The notes beneath the pieces are model-generated. The model saw only the letters and a list, made by a program, of their open reading frames with translations. It was not told where the DNA came from and made no database searches. The translations under genes were made by a program, and so were the position numbers. Shown in pieces: positions 12,801 to 25,067 of a stretch of DNA of 64,000 nucleotides. Origin of the DNA: Antedon mediterranea (taxonomy: Eukaryota > Animalia > Echinodermata); contig NC_092673.1 in the NCBI RefSeq assembly GCF_964355755.1, positions 9,796,001 through 9,860,000 on the forward strand, given 5' to 3'. How positions within the stretch are numbered: the stretch's first letter is position 1; each line of letters begins with the position of its first letter.

Positions 12801-15800
12801 CCTGTATATGTCGAAGATACACTTGTTCTTATTCTCAGCATAGATTACGAACTTATGCTGACGCCTGTAGTATCGCATGCATTTCTACGTAATCTGAGTA
12901 TTATCTTGCGTACGACCGCTTTCATTTTAAATGATAAAAATGGCATTCCTATGATATATGAATGGCGGTCAGATATTGATGCTAACAGTGGGTTGAATTT
13001 GCAACGTGTACGTAGATTTATCAATTCTAGACGTAAAACAAGATATTCTGATACTGCAGTTGAGTTTGGGTATGTGCAACTCTATTACTAAATAAAAATG
13101 CCAATGTACCTGTTTTGTGAGAGTTGTGGAGTAAAAGACTACACAATTGGGCTGATTTTAATTAAACTGGGCAAATAAAAAAATTCATGTAGTAGTTAGC
13201 TTATGGTCAAAGGTCACAACATTTCTCTGTTCATGTTCTATTGAACATAGTATGTAAAGCATAGTGGAATACAAAGTTAATTTGATTGCTCTACTAATTC
13301 ATAAAAAAAAAATTAGTACTACATTTTTTTTTTCAGGACCAAAGTTTATATAAGGCTTGATAATAGAGGTTGTTTAAAGGCTTCATTAACCTGTTTTGAA
13401 ACATCAGCAGAGGCTGCAGCCTTCCTAGGTGCACTAGCATCAGCTGGTTCGTTTTCTCTACCAATTCTACGAGTAGATGGTAAGCACTGTGTTTTTGTTG
13501 AAATATAGATAAGATACTATAGTACTTATTTTTTACCCACCCTACTACTTGGAGTTGAGTCTTTTTATTGCATGTTTTTCCTCAATTTAATCAGATCTAT
13601 AAGTGCTTGATGACGTACATAGGCATGCAATGGATATTCAGAAAAATCTAGGCTAGGCCTAAGTTACATACATAGCCTGGCCTATGCCTGTGTCCTACCT
13701 ATTTATTCAACTAAGATGTACATTATTAGTGAAGGATGGTGAAGACCTCCAAAACAGTCCAGTCAAAATTGCACAGTGGCTGTGTGTGGACCAGTTCAAC
13801 CCCCTACTTGTCTTGAAAGATGTACTAGGTTCTTTAAAGTGCACATGAGCTAGATATGTACACTGAACCTACAGTTTGTAGTTAGAGAAAACTCCACCAG
13901 AACCATTTTTATTAATGTAATTTTTTAGATAATTAGCTTCTAAAATTGTTATCTTTATATGTCCATTTGATTATGCCATCGTGTTAATAATTTGATTTAA
14001 ATGATGGGTCTTGTAATTTCATCTATGCTACACTGTATATAACATATACAGTGTATTCTGTAAATACTGTAATATGCTGTATGATACAAAATAGGTACAA
14101 TTCAGCACTGTAAACATATTTAGTTCATGTCATAGGATGGCATAATAAAGAGGTTTCGCAACCTTACGATAACGAAAACGAGTGAAACTTTTGAGCTGAT
14201 CCCATTTTATATTCGTAAAGCGTATTTGTGTTGACGAATATCACCGTATATATATATATAGATCCAAAGGCAAATTACTGAAAAAAATGACAATGCTGTG
14301 GGTATCAGTGGCTGGATCTCAATGGAGATACAAAAATAAAAAGCGAAAAGCTAAATCAAAACGATAAAGTAAACAGCCAGAAAAGTTAGCAGAGCTTTCG
14401 GGCAACACTAGCCCTTCATCAGTGCAAGTGAAGGAATTTGGATAACGTCATAGTATAAAGCTGGCAAGTGCTGCCTGGGTGGACAGGAATAAAGAAATAT
14501 AACAAAGGGAGCCAGGGTGGAGTCTGAATAAGAGTAGAAAACAAAGAAGGTAGCTTGGTAGAGATATAAAAAATTTTGAATGAGACTAAAAAACAGCTTA
14601 AATGGTGGTTAATATTGAAACTTAAATTTTGGTAGTCAATGGAATAATTTTACCGATCTGGGAGTATGTTCCTAATGTTAAGTCCAAAAGGTTTTGTGGT
14701 TTTAAGTAGTAATTCCCAGTGGTTTTCTTTGTCTTTGCGAGTTTTGTCGCTCCATTTGACATCGTGGTCTATTGCAATAACTCTGAAATTTGCAATCGAG
14801 TGACCAGCTGAATTAAAATGTTCGGCTATAGGTTGATCATGCTTTAATGTTTTGATAGCTGATCTATGTTGTGTCATTCTCATACGGAGAGTGTTTTTTG
14901 TTTCTCCGAAGTACTGTTTGCCACAAATATTACAGTATATGAGATAAATGATGTATATATATATATATATACACAAATCAGGCACAGAACATTAATTCTA
15001 AACTATAAATGTTCGGTTCAATGTAACCGTCTATAAAGTGCTCACATTTTGCATTTGAATCCGGAATGATTCATGATTATAATATATAATTATACTTTTA
15101 TTGAAAGTAATTTACTAAAGTAATTTACTAAAATGCCAGGTCAATTTTGATAAATAGCAGTTTTTAAGGTCTTCACTCGCTTTGATGTTATGCTAGGTCT
15201 AGGCAGCCAAGCAACACGTACCTGCGCTTCGCTCAAATTTAACGCATAACACGTCATATTTTGGACGACGCCCTCAATATTTTGTTGCCATGCGAAACAG
15301 ATTTTTACTGGCTCACTAAAAACGAATATGTGTGCGTGATGTATTCGTTTTCGTTATCGTATTCGTAAGATTGCGAAACCCCCCGGTTAATTGTCAACGT
15401 TTATATAGTTTAACGTATGTGCATGTTGCATTTCAGCAGATAACCCGAACTTGTCAAAGCGATGAGTTCAAATCTAGTTCATCTTTCCACGATTTTTGTG
15501 CGCAGCATATCACCTATTGTTTGTGAACATAATTTTGCGTACATTTTTAAAAATGTGCGTTTTGCGCACATGATTGTGGGCACGGCTCGTTCATAGGATA
15601 GAAAAATGGTTTTTGCAGTTAATTTTTTTTTTTACAAAATAACGACGCACGTGCACGTTAAACTTAAATACTCATGGGTAATTTATTGCAAATTTATGGA
15701 AAAATATACCTATTTTTAAACAGTTATAACTCCTCGGGATGGCTGGTTACACCATTAAAATGTATTTTGGAAGCTGATGTAAAATTTGTAACTACCGGAT

Positions 15801-18800
15801 GTTTTGACGTCACCATATGACCACTCGAATTTTAAAAATAGAATCTCTTTCTGTTAATAGAGCGCATCGCGCTGATGCGCTCCCCATTTCCTCCTAGATT
15901 TTAGTATGTTCTTGCTGAATCAATTTTCTTTCACATAAGTTTTTAATTTTTATTAGGCCTACGTCATCATATAAAAAAATTAGAATAACTAGATTTGAAC
16001 TCGTCACTATGGACGAGTTAGGTCATCTGCCGTGCAAACACCACATACGTTAGAATATTGCGCACAGAAAAGCGATTATGCCATTGTGACCTGAAGAAAA
16101 TAAAATGTTAGTGTGCCCTCTATTTTTTGTCTAAGTATATACAACTGTATACATACTACATACAGTGAAAATAAATAAATACATTTAAAAAGAGCGCATC
16201 TCACTTTTACATGCCAAAATTTTTCAGTTTATTTAGGTAATTATCTCCTAAAATTGTTATCTTTATATGTCAATTTGATGACATCATCGTTTTACAATTG
16301 GATTAAAAGATGGATCTCTTAATTTCATCTACTAGAGGGTATGCTCGCGCCGCTCGCTCCCCCTCTAGGAAGTGTAGACGATGGTTCTCGGAATGATAAT
16401 GACTCTGATAAAAAGGTTTTAGAAGGACTTTCAGGCTCCTTGTACGTTTTCTGGCGGTTACCATTATTGAAATGCTTGACATTTGTAAAACTAAACCTAC
16501 TCTGTTTCACATCTGTCTTAGATGATTAATAACATTTTAAAGTATAGTGTTTGGTTGGGCCCTTATAGGGCGGAGATGGGGAGGCGGAGTTCATTTAAGG
16601 GAGGTGCTTATTCGAGGGATATGTTTAATTTTGTTAGTTTTAATAATATGGTAACATTTAGAATAAAATAAAATCCTCTGATATGAAAAGTGGTAAAAAG
16701 AATAACAAATGCTTGGTAAATTGTAGATAACAGTGCGATGAATCTACTAATGAACCCGGAAATTACTTGGACCGCATAGAATTAAAATTGAATTGAAAAT
16801 CTACCAATGAAATCAGAAGTTTAGTGTTAAAACCCTTTATAATATCTTCCTAAGATAGAAATATGGAACAATATCTTAATAGTGGAAACTAATGTTATCA
16901 AATCTAAGTTTCGCGGTACATCTCAGATAGATGAGGTAGGTAACCAAGGCGGAGATTTGTCCGAAAGTTTTTCCATTGTGCTTGCCTATGTCAGAATTAA
17001 CCATAATTTATATATAGATGCTACACTGTATTCTGTGTATTCTGTAAATACTGTAATATGCTGTATGATACAAAATAAATACAATTCAGCACTATAAACA
17101 TTTAATTCATGTCATAGGATGGCATAATAATTGTGTCGACTTTCATATATTTTAACGTTGGTGCATGTTGCAATCTAGTTGATAATTTGCTTTGCTCTTT
17201 TATAGATGAAAAAATTGATGTGGATGATCCTAGTGGAAATGAGACATATCTTATCTCGGCAGCTGTTGTCATTATCCTGCTTTTTGGATTGCTTTATGTT
17301 GTCGTGAACAAACGCAAGTTCCGAACAAGTATGACTTGGTTCCCAGACAATTTCAAAATTTCTGAATCAAAGAAACGGGCACACGAGGAAACTCCAAGAC
17401 AGATGCCAGTTGGACGCGAAGGTTCATTATCATCCGACAGTATCAGTAATGATACAAGCGCATGCATTGAAGTAGATGAGAATGGCGATCACTTAACAAG
17501 ACATCTTGGAGACAACACACGACATAATAAGCGAAGAAAGGTATTCTACTTAAAAATTAATTTAATGTTTGTAATTTAAGTTTTCCTTTTTTTATTTCTT
17601 TTTAAGACTTTTTGGCTGTCACAATGGAAAGTGGGTCTCGCTTACATAATAGAAATATACTCACATTTATATTTTAGGTTGAACCATACTCGCCATTCTC
17701 GGGACAGACCAGATTGTCAGATGATGATTTAGACCAGCGTGAATGGAAGCCGCAGCATATAATTGCAAATGGTGGTTATCAAGATGGTTGCCTCACACCA
17801 CCACAAGATGAAGATTGTGCAGAAGATGTTGATGTTCGAGGTCCAGGTAAAGTTGAAGAGACATTATCGTAAAAAAAAAAATGAATCTTACTTATTACTA
17901 CTATTATTGCTGATACAATACTATGGAATCTCCAAAAACCGACCACCCATCATGATTTATGTACAATTTGCAGCTAGGTAAACTGGATGTTTCTGGATTT
18001 CTATACATCTTCATGCAAAATAATTTAAGCCCGATTCAACCAACTTATATTTATCGGCTTTGTTATGTATTTTATAAGCATAAATAAACCTTTTATTTCA
18101 AACTTTCTTTTCAGAGAGATTTTGGGGTAGTACTGCTAGGGATAATTTTGCAATAATGCAAAACCTTTGACACTCTGACTAAAACATTGCCAAAAATGCG
18201 AATGCCTGAATAATAGTTTTCTAAATAATAATTGTATATAAAATTACGTTTTTTAGTAATTTATTTTTATATATTAAATCAACATTGGCAATTTCAATAA
18301 ATTATTTTATTAATGGTAGTTCTAACAGCTTTGAAAACTTGATAAATACCACAAAAAATGTATCAATCAATTGCATAGGAACGTCAAGGGTCTGGTTTGA
18401 TCCTAGAATTGTTTATTGAAAATTGTAAAAGTAACAATCTTAATATATTTTTATATTGTTTTTAGGTGGAAAGACTCCATTAATGTTGGCAGTAATAAGC
18501 AGTGATCGGGATCCAGAGGGGAAAAATGATCACTCATATGCACTTATTGAAAATCTTGTTCTCCAAGGAGCAAATGTTAATGCGAAGACGGACAAAACTG
18601 GTGAAACTGCACTTCATTTTGCAGCCCGGTTCATGTGTGCTGGAGCAGCAAAGATTCTTATAGACAGAGGTGCACATGTAAATGCAGAAGAAAATAATGG
18701 GCGAACTCCACTACATACAGCTGTGGCTGCTGATTCATATGATCTGTTTAGAGTAAGTGAAAAGATTTATAAATCTATATATAGATTATGTTAATATTAT

Positions 18801-21800
18801 GCTTCACACAATTCAAATCCATTCCCTAATACTCAATCTTGAATACCTACCCGACCCTGTTGTTTGATAATGAAGGGGACAGTTACAAACAGAGTGAGCG
18901 GTGAGCACCTTACTGACACGGTCCACAGATCATGTATTGTAAACCCAGGCTTGATGGACGTGTTTGAGAAGTTTCTGCATTAGTGCCTCAGGCTAGGTCT
19001 TAGGTTAGCAAAGTTTAAAAAGATGAACTAAAAACACCTAATCAAACCCTAAAGGAAGAGGCTTGAGGATGCTTATCTTTTAAATAAAACAGGAAGAATC
19101 AAAGTGAATACATATCTTGCACATACTATATTTCATTCCATTTTTATTAAAATCACAATTGCAGGGTTCGTACGCGTCCTTAAATTCCTGGAAAAATTAA
19201 CTACTTTAAGTACTGAAAAGTCCTTGAAATTAACATTTGTCCTTGAATGTCCTGAAAAATACATACAGAAACGTAATATGAATTCTTTGTAATAATGTTT
19301 TAAAAACACTGAACAATAATAAGTGTTATATAATTTTGTTAAATGACACCAGAAGCCGAAATGGTGCTCTAAAACATCACGGCAAATTAAAAATAAAACA
19401 TCACATCAATTTAACAAAAATACCACGGCAACTTAAAAATGAAAAACCCCGGCAAATTAGTATTGAAACACCACGGCAAATTAGTAATGAAACGCCACGA
19501 CAAATTACAGAATTCCACGGCATAAGTGAATTACCACGGCTGAAGTGAAACCTTTGGAATCTTCGATTTTTTTCTGAGAAGTAATTATTTGTGCTTTGAT
19601 GTAATATTATATTAATTTATTTAAATGCAGCAGCAGTTTACGTGGTTATTGCACTCTTCTTGAACTTTCTAGGCCGGGCTAGACCATAGGCCTTATTACA
19701 AGTAAGGTCTAGACCCTACATTCCACAATGTTTTAATAAATTAATATATTAATATTTACTTCAATGCACAAGTAATTACTTACCTCTGAAAAAAATCGAA
19801 GATTCCAAAGGTTTCACTTCAGCCGTGGTAACTCACTTATGCATGGCATTATGTAATTTGCCGTGGTGTTTCATTATTAATTTGTTGTGGTGTTTCAATA
19901 CTAATTTGCCGTGGTGTTTCGTTTTTAAGTTGCCGTAATATTTTTGTTAAATTGCTGAGATGTTTTATTTTCAATTTGTCGTGACTTTTATTTTTAATTT
20001 ACCGTGATGTTTTTTTTTCAATTTGCCGTGACATTTTATTTTTAATTTGCCGTGACGTTTTATTTTTAATTTGCTGTGATGTTTTATTTTCAATTTGCCG
20101 TGACGTTTTATTTTCAATTTGCCGTGACGTTTTATTTTTAATTTGCCGTGATTTTTTATTTTTAATTTGCTGTGACGTTTTATTTTTAATTTGCCGTGAT
20201 GTTTTATTTTCAATTTTCCGTGACATTTTATTTCAATTTGCCATGGTTTTTTATTAAATTGCTATGGCTTTTTTCAAATTGCCATGGCTTTTTTTGGAAG
20301 TTGCCGTGATATTATTTGAAAGTTGCTGTGACACTTATAGACCACCGTATATTTGTCCTATAAAATTTCAATTAGACAACGAATCATAGAAAACCCATTG
20401 TTTCTGATCATTATAAAAGATTAGTTGGACACTCTGGCTATCAGGGTCTTTAACTTTTAAATGTTGAACTCTATCTTATAGTAGTGCAGATATCTTATAC
20501 AAAATTATATACTGGGATTATATGCTTGCGCAGATATAAATTACTGTTTCCTTTGTCTACCAATGCAAAAGCTCACTAAATCCAGGTCAAATCTAAATAT
20601 GGAGCCTGTACTGTAGTTCAATTAGTCATGTTATTTACGTCTTCAGTTACCATCTAGCTTCATCCGTATATAGTAATCTGAAAACAAAAAATTTGAAAAA
20701 TCACAATTGCAAAAAATCATGTTTAAAACAAGAAATATTTCTTACAAAAAACGCTGCTCGCTTATTGATGTAACAGTTTTAAAGATATATTGTCCCTCTG
20801 AAAAATATTTTTTATTTCAAATTTGTTTTTGAATGTGTCATTTTATTGTCACATAATAGTTATTTTACCTGAAAAAAATGTAATTAATTATAATGTGAAT
20901 TTTGTTACAGAAGTGAATAACTTTGATATGAAACAGACTCAATTTAGTTTATTTTATTGCTAAGTTCAAGTCTGGGGGTCACTTCATCACGCCTTAGATA
21001 CTTCAAGTGTGAAGTATCATATTACAAACAAAATCTTTCATGGACTGTTTTGATAATAATTCAATGATTATCTGACAGCGAAATACAGTATTGTCATGGG
21101 ACTCATAAATACCAGAAATGCAGCTGGTACCTATAAATTATAGTCGAGTTTCCATTTTAGCAAAAATTTCAAAGTGTAGTACTATAACTGCTGCTTGATT
21201 TCATCTAATAAATGAGTCATCTCGTGTGACGTAGCGGTCTAGAGCAGCAGCGTGAAAAACATCTAAAGCAAAAGCATTATTTTATCAATCCATTTCAAGT
21301 ACATTGTTTTAAGCTGGATAGGTATAGCATTTGAACTGACCAATTAATATTATAAACTTTTTCACAGTTATTGGTTAGTAACAGAGCAACAAATGTTGAT
21401 GCAAAAACTAGCAAAGGAGTTACACCATTGATGATGGCAGCAAGATTAGCCGTTTCTAACATGATAGAGGATCTGATAGAAGCTAATGCGGATGTCAACC
21501 TGACAGACAATGATGGAAAGAGTGCTTTACATTGGACTGCATCTGTTAATAATGTGCATGCATGTCGAATTTTGCTACAAAATCGTGCCAATAGAGACAT
21601 TCAAGACCACATGGTAAGTTTAAATCATTTTTAGGTGATCTTTTTTGTCACCTATTGTTATTGTACAAATCCTTACTTATTTCTTACCGTACCCGAACAG
21701 TTGTGTAAGACCCTTTAACCATGTGCTTCTACCGCCGGTCAGTGAATGTATTTATCTAATCGAGCCGAACATTTGTTGGAAAGACAATTCCATTACATAA

Positions 21801-23500
21801 AAACACATTTTCGATCCTGCATGGTGTAATCATACCAGCCAGGAAATTTACGATGCCAAATCCATCCTGATTTAAGAATTTCAAAAACAGCTTTTAAAAA
21901 AAAGTTTAAAAAAAACAAAAAAATAAATTATTTTTTTTCAAATTTCATTTTTTAGCTAATAATAGCTCTGCCTTGTTATATAGCGACAGGGGTATTCAAA
22001 GTACAATTCTCACAAAATGGGAAAGTTATTGCTATTAGTTTTAAAAAGTTGAATAAATGTAGGCCTTGTACAAAGTCAAAGAAAATTCTAACTTTAACGC
22101 TTAAAATTCAAGTTAAAATGTTTAATAATGAATGTTCCGTTTTCTTGATTTAAATTTACAGTAGTGTGAAACTTTTGAAATATTATGGTAATATTTAAAT
22201 TAAAAATTAATTTAATTTTATAATTGCCCTTTAATTTCAGGATCAAACCCCATTGTTAATAGCTGCCAAGGAACATTCTGTAGAAGTGGTAAAATGTTTG
22301 CTAGATCACCATGTCAACCGAGAGATTACAGATCACATGGATAGATCAGCACGTGATATTGCACAAGAGAGTTACATGACTGATATTGTTGAATTATTAG
22401 ATTCTTATAAAGTTGTTCCTAGCCCAGGCACTTTGAATATGAATGGTGGCTTAAGCCCTGTTGGAAAAGATGATTATGATTTGAGTTATATGCATCATAT
22501 GGGCAAGCACTCAAAAAAGAAAGGAAGGTCAAAATCAAGTTCTATACATGATTATAGTACAAAATCTCCTTTGTCTGAGAATGGTAAGGAGAGGAAGCCA
22601 AAGCAGAGAAAAAAGCGGTCTTCAACAGATACCAGTGTTGGAATGTCACCTGTACATTCTCTTGACTCGCCACAAACACATTATGAAAGAACTCCACCTC
22701 CATACTCAAATGGGCAAAATATGTTGCCACATGGGCTTGCACTTGAAGAAGGTGTTGTACCAGCTAGCACCGCCCTCATGCAACTACCACCTCACTTGTA
22801 CACCGATATGGCACACATGAATGGATCATCTCACCATGCAAACATGTCGAATATGAGCAGCGACGTAACATGGGTGCATGATGGGTTAAACCATCTCCAA
22901 CAAAGCTTGACTGTACAACAGATGCCACAACCAATGGTGGCAACACCAATGGTATCTGAGCCCAAGATGCAGCAACCGCACATGGTTATGAGGTCACCGA
23001 CCAAAGGTAGTGTATACTGTAATCCTTCAGTATCCATACAAAATATGATGTCACACCAATTGCACCAGAGCCCGGGTTCTTTGTACGCAGTGTCAAGTAT
23101 GTCTGATGCTCACGATAATCACGTTGGAATGATGGTGGTCAAAGATCTTCACCCCCGCAAACATTCCTATAGTTCTGCACATCAACATCAATCAATGTCA
23201 AATATGAATGTAATGCATCATGTTGCCAAGTATCCAACTCCTCCTTCGCATCATAGTAATGCTACACCTCCACTCTCAACAGGTCCTCCTAGTAATGAAA
23301 GCACAAATGCGTACCTCTTTGCAGATAATTGTTTAACCCCCTCGCCAGACTCACCTGGAAAATGGTCAAGCTCGTCACCGCACTCAGCTCATTCAGATTC
23401 GTGGTCAGAAGGCATTTCAAGCCCGCCAGGTGCCACCAAATTAATAAATGGACAATTACCACATGCGAATGAACAAATTTTTCGTTCACTCTATATCTAG
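6665..23500 (+). CDS. Notch: Notch receptor, 3' portion (11 exons: 6665-6898, 11321-11421, 11595-11975, 12077-12264, 12692-13069, 13337-13479, 17206-17540, 17678-17846, 18466-18752, 21368-21613, 22241-23500); 5' exons lie upstream of the window
   Basis: All exons have AG/GT boundaries with matching phases. They translate to EGF repeats (DVNECLSNPC..GT.DC), three LNRs, HD with basic furin site, TM, RAM WFP, ankyrin repeats (GETALHFAARF, GKSALHWTASVNN) and PEST (LTPSPDSPGKWSSSSPHS), ending at TAG 23500. Confidence 0.97.
7915..8815 (+). mobile_element. Degenerate RTE-clade LINE, 3' fragment
   Basis: Broken frames give FGLTISICKTKVM, LLYASEVWT, AFHMRSL.RILHINWQDKV and terminal CGRRCISGIGLHSH. 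Confidence 0.8.
9410..9500 (-). mobile_element. Possible degenerate CR1/L2-type LINE ORF2 end
   Basis: Minus strand resembles SFFP...(W)NALP; heavily decayed. Confidence 0.3.
9955..10230 (-). mobile_element. Degenerate LINE APE-endonuclease fragment (Rex1/CR1-like)
   Basis: CIYETWF...DGFSCERSDR...VVVNNLWCNNVTV matches the APE pattern ETW..GF...R.DR....VNN.WC. Confidence 0.6.
11321..11421 (+). CDS. Notch: Notch exon: EGF repeat (not in ORF track)
   Basis: acag|GA...TAT|gtaagt; RLCDIEIQKCTPSPCLHGTCSVTLTGFHCNCSY. Confidence 0.93.
11595..11975 (+). CDS. Notch: Notch exon: last two EGF repeats and start of LNR-A
   Basis: ttag|GGC...GAT|gtaag; 381 bp in frame; SFLGGIG linker then DQCADPEC. Confidence 0.95.
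12077..12264 (+). CDS. Notch: Notch exon: LNR-A/LNR-B
   Basis: CNNHACNWDGTDC...CNPECNTSECIFDGYDC; cag|/|gtatg. Confidence 0.95.
12692..13069 (+). CDS. Notch: Notch exon: LNR-C, HD-N and S1 furin loop
   Basis: YDAYC...CDEGCKAAECVWDGLDC, FLRNLSIILRT, RVRR...RRKTR. Confidence 0.95.
13337..13479 (+). CDS. Notch: Notch exon: HD-C (NODP; not in ORF track)
   Basis: GTKVYIRLDNRGC...CFETSAEAAAFLGALAS; cag|/|gtaag. Confidence 0.95.
13820..13885 (-). mobile_element. Possible MetaSINE central-domain fragment
   Basis: Minus strand aaactgtaggttcagtgtac...gcactttaaagaacc resembles the Meta-domain pattern AAACCGAGGTCCCGTG...GCACGTTAAAGAACC as recalled. Confidence 0.4.
14261..14955 (-). mobile_element. Penelope-like element 3' fragment (GIY-YIG endonuclease, 14650-14950)
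   Basis: IIYLIYCNICGKQYFGETKNTLRMRMTQHRS...IAEHFN...ENHW...LKTTKPFGLN; inserted in a (TA)n run. Confidence 0.85.
14389..14425 (-). ncRNA. Minimal type I hammerhead ribozyme (Penelope-associated)
   Basis: Minus strand gca-CTGATGA-aGGGC tagtgtt GCCC-GAAA-gc-TC-tgc: intact core, stem II, palindromic mini-stem III (AGCT), stem I gca/tgc. Confidence 0.8.
17206..17540 (+). CDS. Notch: Notch exon: transmembrane helix and RAM
   Basis: YLISAAVVIILLFGLLYVVV-NKRKFR, TWFPDNF, HNKRRK. Confidence 0.93.
17678..17846 (+). CDS. Notch: Notch exon: RAM-ANK linker
   Basis: DQREWKPQH...LTPPQ...DVDVRGP; ttag|/|gtaa. Confidence 0.93.
18466..18752 (+). CDS. Notch: Notch exon: ankyrin repeats
   Basis: GKTPLMLA...GETALHFAARF...GRTPLHTAVAAD. 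Confidence 0.96.
19361..20349. mobile_element. Foldback-type element: long imperfect inverted arms built from ~20-bp tandem units
   Basis: cacggcaaattaaaaataaaa units on the left, reverse complement on the right; inner arms ttaccacggctgaagtgaaacctttggaatcttcgattt are inverted around ~19700. Confidence 0.85.
21125..21265 (+). repeat. Dispersed repeat, other copy at ~37675-37820
   Basis: tacctataaattatagtcgagtttcca and tagagc..c.gcg.gaaaaac are shared. Confidence 0.6.
21368..21613 (+). CDS. Notch: Notch exon: ankyrin repeats
   Basis: GVTPLMMAARLAV...GKSALHWTASVNN. Confidence 0.96.
22241..23500 (+). CDS. Notch: Notch terminal exon: last ANK, NLS, TAD-like region, PEST
   Basis: DQTPLLIAAKE...REITDHMDR, KPKQRKKR, YPTPPSHHS, LTPSPDSP. 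Confidence 0.96.
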   Translation, partial: DQTPLLIAAKEHSVEVVKCLLDHHVNREITDHMDRSARDIAQESYMTDIVELLDSYKVVPSPGTLNMNGGLSPVGKDDYDLSYMHHMGKHSKKKGRSKSSSIHDYSTKSPLSENGKERKPKQRKKRSSTDTSVGMSPVHSLDSPQTHYERTPPPYSNGQNMLPHGLALEEGVVPASTALMQLPPHLYTDMAHMNGSSHHANMSNMSSDVTWVHDGLNHLQQSLTVQQMPQPMVATPMVSEPKMQQPHMVMRSPTKGSVYCNPSVSIQNMMSHQLHQSPGSLYAVSSMSDAHDNHVGMMVVKDLHPRKHSYSSAHQHQSMSNMNVMHHVAKYPTPPSHHSNATPPLSTGPPSNESTNAYLFADNCLTPSPDSPGKWSSSSPHSAHSDSWSEGISSPPGATKLINGQLPHANEQIFRSLYI

Positions 23501-24920
23501 CATTACTTTGTATAGATGGTGGAAACTTGATGGTAAATTAAAGGATGTTTTTTTTAAATCTTAGTCCTGCAACATAATTGAATGTAAGATACTATGCAAG
23601 TATAAACACCAGGTGTAATGAGAAAGAAATCCATTCCAAATTAATTTGTAAAACATTCCGGCATCATTGCTATTAGAAAGATACATTGGTAGAAAAAATT
23701 GAGGCTGATTGCAACCAGCTATAGGACAAGCTGATGGCAAATTGTTGTGAGGCTGATGCTGAGGTAAATTTTTACTGTTTGCACCTTCAATAATAAGGTA
23801 ATGTTTTGCGTCAAAAGAGGGCCAAATTATTTGTCTTTCACACTCACAATTATCTCAAATATAATTTTATATTTAAATATAATTTTGTTTGTAAGAGCAA
23901 TGCAACATGATCCATATATGCCATATTGATATTGGCAACTTGTAAAGTATAAAAATACAATTATATTTTGATACACATACATTAATAATTGTCTAAGGGT
24001 ATAATAGGTTATTATTAGGAGATACATCTACATTGTATCAATTCAGAACAGGTTTTATTGAGAATTTTAGGCTTGAGATGTCCGGTTTTTTATTACTGAT
24101 TTTATTCCACTCTTTTTTTTTTTACTTTTGTTTGTAAACTAAATGGTGCAAGAAACTGGAAAAGCACATTTTTAAATGTAAATTGTGTAGGTATTGGATA
24201 GTACTATATGAACATTTTTGTAAAAAGTAATGCAGTACAACAAAGGATGCTAATATTAGTCACAATGTATTTTGAGTACCTATACCATTAGAATCAAATA
24301 GTGATTGGGTTTATTCTGTAGGTCATTATTTTGAATGTTAATTTGAAGACGCTTTAGTTTTTACAGGTGTAAGATATCTATTGAGATTCTATGTTTAAAC
24401 AATGTTAGCACTGTACAGTAGCAGTAGCTTGTTTCGTCCAATATTTTTTAATTGATTAATATCTGCCAACATAATTGCTTCATAGAACAACATTTACTGC
24501 ATTGTATAGAACACACTACTGGTGTGCACAACTTCAGGGTAGAATTTATATATATTGACTCAAATTATACCTTGTTGTTTGGTATTTTCTATTTTTTTTA
24601 TTCATAATGTTTTTTAACTTTGATGGTTTTATTTTTTTATTTTTTTTGCAGAAGCTTTTTATTCATTTTGCATGTTTGTATAATATATGAATTTAATCAT
24701 GTTTAACGTTTTAACAAAAGAAAAGTAAGGTTGTCAACACTTAAGGATGTTATGCTCATATGTACGTATATAGACAAAATGTAAGTTAAGAGGTTGACAT
24801 TTCTAGTTTTAGATTATATTTTAGAATTTGCTTTATGGATGACTAATGAAACTTGTTTCAGCACACTTTATAATGAAACAGTTGCAGTGTATTCATTAAT
24901 AAAGAAATGATGTACCAAAT
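23501..24920 (+). promoter_or_regulatory. Probable Notch 3' UTR with AATAAA at 24898-24903
   Basis: U-rich stretch with no recognisable TE after the stop codon, ending at an AATAAA just before TE sequence starts. Confidence 0.5.
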
Positions 24921-25067
24921 ATATATGTGTTTAAAAAAATATTCTTTCAACTTGGGGTGGTAGTGAATTGAGCCCAAGACTGATCGGTTAAGATAGTGAG
25001 ACCATAATGCATAGCCATAATTATCTGTAGGATTAAGCGCTCCATGGTTCTGATGGTAGAGCGAGTC

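Larger units (their letters stand above)
14149..15387. mobile_element. Harbinger-like MITE hosting a Penelope fragment
   Basis: ggtttcgcaaccttacga / tcgtaagattgcgaaacc TIRs; TAA at both sides; empty site visible in the duplicated segment at ~17128. Confidence 0.65.

Noticed and set aside
19336-20226. Lys/His-rich ORFs (HGKLKIK)n
   Set aside because: Products of the foldback tandem units
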